From NCBI RefSeq assembly GCF_900079115.1, contig NZ_LT549890.1, positions 2,760,001 through 2,792,000 on the forward strand: a stretch of 32,000 nt of DNA, read 5' to 3'. Source of the DNA: Saccharolobus solfataricus. GTDB lineage: Archaea > Thermoproteota > Thermoprotei_A > Sulfolobales > Sulfolobaceae. The notes beneath the pieces were generated by a model, which worked only from the letters and a program-made list of their open reading frames with translations, was not told the origin of the DNA and ran no database searches. A program made the position numbers and the translations under genes. This document shows, in pieces, positions 26,974-32,000 of this stretch; position 1 is the first letter of the stretch; every line of letters starts with the position of its first letter.

Positions 26974-26990
26974 CCGAAATTTTTATTGAA

Positions 26991-28097
<1,107 letters not shown>

Positions 28098-28347
28098 CTA
28101 TGTTAAGATGGGACAGATATAAATTTTATGCTCAATACAACTTAAAAATTTTAAATCTACGTAAAATTCCAGGCTAGTATACTATGAAATTATTAACTTT
28201 TCCAGTTAAATATGGGATCCTCTTACGGTATTGCATTTGTAAAAAGTAAAGAGACTCAGAGAACCTATCACTTATGATATGCTTTTGAAGGGTTAAAGAA
28301 TCATATACGCCAAAGACGTTTAACCCCCATTATATGATGAGCATTGT

Positions 28348-29247
28348 TTATAATGACCTTAAGAGCTCATCCAATTTACTTTTTATATTTTCCTTATTAT
28401 CTGCTTTTTTAATTTTTTCAATTAATTTTCTAATCTGATATGAGACCTCTACATCATTAAATAGCATTGTTAAGGAATCTTGAATAACATTCTCGTCAAT
28501 ATATATCATTTTAACTGTCATACCTCCATCAATTGTGAAATTCACGCCACTAATCCACGAAGCATCGTCAGAAACTAAAAATGTAACTAATGAAGCTACA
28601 TCCTCAGGCTTTCCAACCCTTCTGGTCAGATGTTGCCCATGATCCAAACCAGATAAAGTTGACTCTCTAGGAGGGACTTGCCACCTACTCGTATCAATCC
28701 ACCCTGGACTTATGGAAACCACCCTTATATTATACTTGCTTAAACTAACGGCTAAGGAATGTGTTAATGCAATTATGCCACCCTTAGAAGCAGAGTAAGG
28801 TTCAGTATTTGGCTCAGATTGAAAAGCCCTAGTTGATGCTATGTTAACAATCACACCACCATTATTCTTCATATATTTCACTGCATACTTGGAACAAAGC
28901 CAGACTCCGGTCAAATTTGTCTCAATCACTCTCCTCCACTCATCTAAAGTTTGCTCTTCTATACTCTTTCCACTAAATCCTATACCAGCGTTATTAACAA
29001 GAACATCAATCCTTCCATATCTACCATAAACCTTTTCAACCATGTTTGAGACGTCCATCTCTGAAGAAACATCAGTCTTAATGAAAAAAGAATCTATTCC
29101 CTCACCCCTAAAATGATTCTCCCTATATTTCCCAGCTTCTTCATCTACATCAGCTATAACTACGGCATATCCTTGCTTACCTAATCTATAACCTATTGCT
29201 GCTCCTATTCCCTTAGCTCCCCCTGTAATAATACTAACCTTTTTCAT
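28348..29247 (-). CDS. Classical short-chain dehydrogenase/reductase with a ~55-aa helical C-terminal extension
   Basis: ITGGAKGIGAAIG, NNAGI, S...YSASKGG (catalytic S-Y-K) and IDGGMT. An extra tail follows: DENVIQDSLTMLFNDVEVSYQIRKLIEKIKKADNKENIKSKLDELLRSL. The ATG directly abuts the upstream gene's stop codon. Confidence 0.85.
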   Translation of the reverse strand: MKKVSIITGGAKGIGAAIGYRLGKQGYAVVIADVDEEAGKYRENHFRGEGIDSFFIKTDVSSEMDVSNMVEKVYGRYGRIDVLVNNAGIGFSGKSIEEQTLDEWRRVIETNLTGVWLCSKYAVKYMKNNGGVIVNIASTRAFQSEPNTEPYSASKGGIIALTHSLAVSLSKYNIRVVSISPGWIDTSRWQVPPRESTLSGLDHGQHLTRRVGKPEDVASLVTFLVSDDASWISGVNFTIDGGMTVKMIYIDENVIQDSLTMLFNDVEVSYQIRKLIEKIKKADNKENIKSKLDELLRSL

Positions 29248-32000
29248 CTAACCCCTCACACTTATTGTGAGGATATCCCTATTCTTATACTTTACCTTAA
29301 TCCTATTTCCCTCAATTACTATATCCCTTGGAACCTCATTCAACTCTAACAAGTCAAGACTTCTTGCCTCAGTTACATTGAAAGGCACTTCAACATAAGC
29401 CTCTCCCCTAGTATTCTCATATTCGTAAAGCCTTAACACTACGCTATTGTTATCATCCTCAGCTACCTTAACTGCTTCTAAAATCAACTTACTATCATTA
29501 ATCCTAATGAAACTCTTACGTTTAACCTCACTAACTCCCTTAACTACTCTCAATGGTACGTTTAACTCATAAGCTCTCTTAATAACCTCAGCCCTCTTCC
29601 AATCACCAATATGAGGATATAATGAGTAAATGAAAGTGACCTCTTCAAGGTCGGTAGATGGATCTGGATATATCGGAGTTTTAGTCAAACTTAAACCAAC
29701 TGAAGAACCTCTTAACGTTGCCCCATACTTGCCGTTATTAAGTAATGCGGCACCATACTCACTTTCAGAGAAATCAACAAACTTTTGAATTGGAACCTCA
29801 AACCTAGCCTTATCCCAACTGGTATTACTCCAAGTGAACCTTTCCACAACTCCAAAGGGAATATCGGAAACTGCCCTTTCCACGTTTAAGTCAAAATTAA
29901 ACCAGCTCTTCACCAACAGTTCTCTATCCCTCATCCTTAGCGTAGTGATGAAATCTATCCTTCTACTATCAGCATAAACACGGACAATTTGAATAATTTC
30001 TGATCTCCTAAATTTATAAGTAAATTTAATTGAAGCCACAATCCCGTCATTATTGACTATTTCAGATGAGGAGGCCCTAATTTCGAAACTTCTATCCTCA
30101 AATCCCTTCTCGATATCCCACGCGTCAGCCCAACCTGGTATATTCTCGTAAGCTATTAATAGGTTGCTCTTATCCCTTAATACTTCCCTATTTGCCTCTT
30201 TATCAAATAGTGAGAGAACTTGCCCACTTTTACTTATTCTTACTCTAAAATATTTATTCTCCACAAGGTATTCAGCGTTATTTTCATTAATGACGGCTTT
30301 ATCTCTAACCTCCACTGGTTCCAACAAGGAGAATCCCACTGATGGGACTCTAACCTTAACCAACTTACCGTCAGCCTCAATGTATTCCTCCCTATCCCAT
30401 GACAGTGAATTAAACACAAACGTCTTATCTCCGCTACCACCAACTAACTTCTGCATCGCTTCACTCGCAACATTATTAGCCTTATTTATCACTTCTTCTA
30501 ACTCTTGATAAGCCACCTTATAAACGTCTTTTATCGCCGATCCAGGTAAGACGTCATGGAACTGATCCTTTAATACAACTTTCCATAGTTTTGTAAAAAC
30601 TTCTTTATCATAAGTCCTAGCTAAAGTGCTCCATAGCTCGGCTTCTCTTAACGCAATCTCTGCACTTCTATTAAGCAATTTCATCTTTGAATGAGAGGTC
30701 AATACACCCCTATGAGTTTCTAAATATAGTTCTCCTCTCCACTCTTCTACTGGAACTATCCTTTGTATATAGCTATTTACACCACTTAGTTCAACCTTGG
30801 GTAATATTGGTAAAAGGTTTACTGCTTCAGCTCTAATCAACATATCCTCATTTGGTCCTCCACCGCCATCACCGTATCCGTAAGAGTATAGCATTGGTTG
30901 ATCCTTTTGAGCCCAATTATTATATTGCTCTAAAACACTAGAGGCCGAGAAGTCTGAGTTATAACCACCCTTTCCATGCCCAAAAGCTATTGCTGGTAAG
31001 TAATCGCCGTTTGGTCCTACCCACTTAAAAACGTTGTATGGGAATTTATTAGTGTCGTTCCAGAAAACCTTATGAGTTGCGAATGCCTTAACTCCGCCCA
31101 ATTTAGCTATCTGAGGTAATGATGCTGAAAACCCAAATGTGTCGGGTAACCATAAAATATTAGCAAGCTTCCCAAAATTTTCCAGATAGAACCTCTGAGA
31201 GTATAAGAACTGTCTAGCAAGCGACTCACCAGATACCATATTCGCATCTGATTCAACATATAGGGCTGCTAATTCCCATTTGCCTTCTTTAACCTTTTCC
31301 TTAATTCTTACAAATAATTCCGGAGAATCAGCCTTTACCCACTCGTAATATATGGCAGCACTCTGAATAAAGTGAAAGTCGTATTTGTCTAAGAGTGTCA
31401 AAATTGTTGAGAATGTCCTTAGAACTTTCCTCCTCGTCTCATCAAATGGCCAAAGCCAAGCGGTATCAATATGAGCGTGACCAGTTCCTACCAATACCCC
31501 TCTTTTACCGTACTTATTTACTAGTTTTGACAATTCACTCCTCAAAGTGTTCAAAGCCCCTTCGAATTTACTTCTATTCTCATCTTCCTTGTATACATCT
31601 AGAGGTTCCTCGATCTCTTGAACCATTCTACTTACATCCAATGTCGTTCTTATTAACTTAGACAGAATAAACAACTGTTCTTTAGATATTGTCTCGAAGT
31701 AAGCCTCATGTAAAGCTTTACTTAAGGCACTAATTAAATCATCCTTAACTTCATTGTCATTTATACTTCTTACTAGGTCTAGGATCTGAGATCCGTAAAC
31801 GTATAACTTATAAGCGTTAGAGTCTATCTCAGTATAAAACGGTATTCCAGCTGAAATATCAACCTTTTCACCAAAGTCCATATAGTGGGAAAGCTCTAAA
31901 CTAATCTTATGGTTACCAAAGGGAATTGGTATCAAAGTGTGATATCTATCTAGCTCGAAATAGGGTTTGTCATCCAATCTGATGAGCCCACTCCCCTTGT
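29248..32000 (-). CDS. GH38 alpha-mannosidase, 5' end truncated by the window edge
   Basis: GTGHAHIDTAWLWPF (GH38 metal-binding HxD block), WLPDTFG and LKDQFHDVLPGS. The track start at 31977 is only a TTG. The frame stays open to position 32000 (..KGSGLIRLDDKPYF), so the true start is probably outside the window. Confidence 0.88.
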   Translation of the reverse strand, partial: KGSGLIRLDDKPYFELDRYHTLIPIPFGNHKISLELSHYMDFGEKVDISAGIPFYTEIDSNAYKLYVYGSQILDLVRSINDNEVKDDLISALSKALHEAYFETISKEQLFILSKLIRTTLDVSRMVQEIEEPLDVYKEDENRSKFEGALNTLRSELSKLVNKYGKRGVLVGTGHAHIDTAWLWPFDETRRKVLRTFSTILTLLDKYDFHFIQSAAIYYEWVKADSPELFVRIKEKVKEGKWELAALYVESDANMVSGESLARQFLYSQRFYLENFGKLANILWLPDTFGFSASLPQIAKLGGVKAFATHKVFWNDTNKFPYNVFKWVGPNGDYLPAIAFGHGKGGYNSDFSASSVLEQYNNWAQKDQPMLYSYGYGDGGGGPNEDMLIRAEAVNLLPILPKVELSGVNSYIQRIVPVEEWRGELYLETHRGVLTSHSKMKLLNRSAEIALREAELWSTLARTYDKEVFTKLWKVVLKDQFHDVLPGSAIKDVYKVAYQELEEVINKANNVASEAMQKLVGGSGDKTFVFNSLSWDREEYIEADGKLVKVRVPSVGFSLLEPVEVRDKAVINENNAEYLVENKYFRVRISKSGQVLSLFDKEANREVLRDKSNLLIAYENIPGWADAWDIEKGFEDRSFEIRASSSEIVNNDGIVASIKFTYKFRRSEIIQIVRVYADSRRIDFITTLRMRDRELLVKSWFNFDLNVERAVSDIPFGVVERFTWSNTSWDKARFEVPIQKFVDFSESEYGAALLNNGKYGATLRGSSVGLSLTKTPIYPDPSTDLEEVTFIYSLYPHIGDWKRAEVIKRAYELNVPLRVVKGVSEVKRKSFIRINDSKLILEAVKVAEDDNNSVVLRLYEYENTRGEAYVEVPFNVTEARSLDLLELNEVPRDIVIEGNRIKVKYKNRDILTISVRG

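Noticed and set aside
26851-26990. Repeated atttttattgaat 13-mers and ttgaatattt duplications between gdh and the GT2 gene
   Set aside because: These are pure A/T-rich spacer containing the gdh oligo-T terminator and GT2 promoter candidates. The repeats are short and compositionally expected.
28334-28370. atgatga C-box-like heptamer and a 7-bp inverted repeat (gatgagc / gctcatc) at the SDR stop codon; also atgatga at 21101-21107
   Set aside because: No CUGA D box lies within the expected distance. The 21101 copy is the centre of the palindrome reported separately. A short stem overlapping a stop codon is compatible with chance.
30164-31661. ORFs 30164-30508 (+), 30240-30443 (-, off-frame) and 31395-31661 (+)
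   Set aside because: All lie inside the GH38 alpha-mannosidase coding region, which has clear family motifs. They are shadow or alternate-frame ORFs.

Overview
This is an AT-rich crenarchaeal chromosomal segment. Several translated ORFs match, from memory, characterised proteins of Saccharolobus (Sulfolobus) solfataricus: the zinc glucose-1-dehydrogenase, thermosome gamma subunit, SoxM quinol oxidase I+III fusion, sulfocyanin, classical-pathway phosphomevalonate kinase and diphosphomevalonate decarboxylase, a GH38 alpha-mannosidase and an ISC1078 element. I therefore read the window as S. solfataricus or a very close relative. I could not run any search, so all family calls rest on motifs visible in the translations.

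Layout, left to right:
- SoxM terminal-oxidase locus: a partial Rieske gene divergent from soxE and soxM, plus a small membrane ORF.
- A run of membrane and hypothetical genes, then mtnA-like isomerase, an esterase and a NifX-like protein.
- A small envelope-glycosylation-like group: atypical SDR epimerase, polytopic membrane protein and GT4.
- A NicO-like membrane protein and a wHTH gene.
- An intact 1078-bp IS630-family element with perfect 20-bp terminal inverted repeats and a TA duplication.
- A wHTH gene divergent from PMK; PMK convergent with MDD; an unknown ORF co-transcribed with MDD; and an ORFan pair.
- A divergent NRAMP-like transporter, 3-hydroxyacyl-CoA dehydrogenase, enolase-superfamily dehydratase and thermosome gamma.
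- A hyaluronan/chitin-synthase-like processive GT2, glucose dehydrogenase, and an SDR whose start abuts the stop of a GH38 alpha-mannosidase that runs off the window.

I found no rRNA, tRNA, CRISPR array or recognisable defence/toxin system.

The most interesting candidates are:
- a possible oxidative mannoside/mannose module (GH38 + tailed SDR, with GDH and a ManD-like enolase nearby);
- an uncharacterised HAS/NodC-like polymerising glycosyltransferase;
- a SpoIIM-type membrane domain fused to a PaREP1/HEPN-like helical domain;
- an unknown ORF in an operon with mevalonate diphosphate decarboxylase.

All four are hypotheses that need homology searches and experiments.
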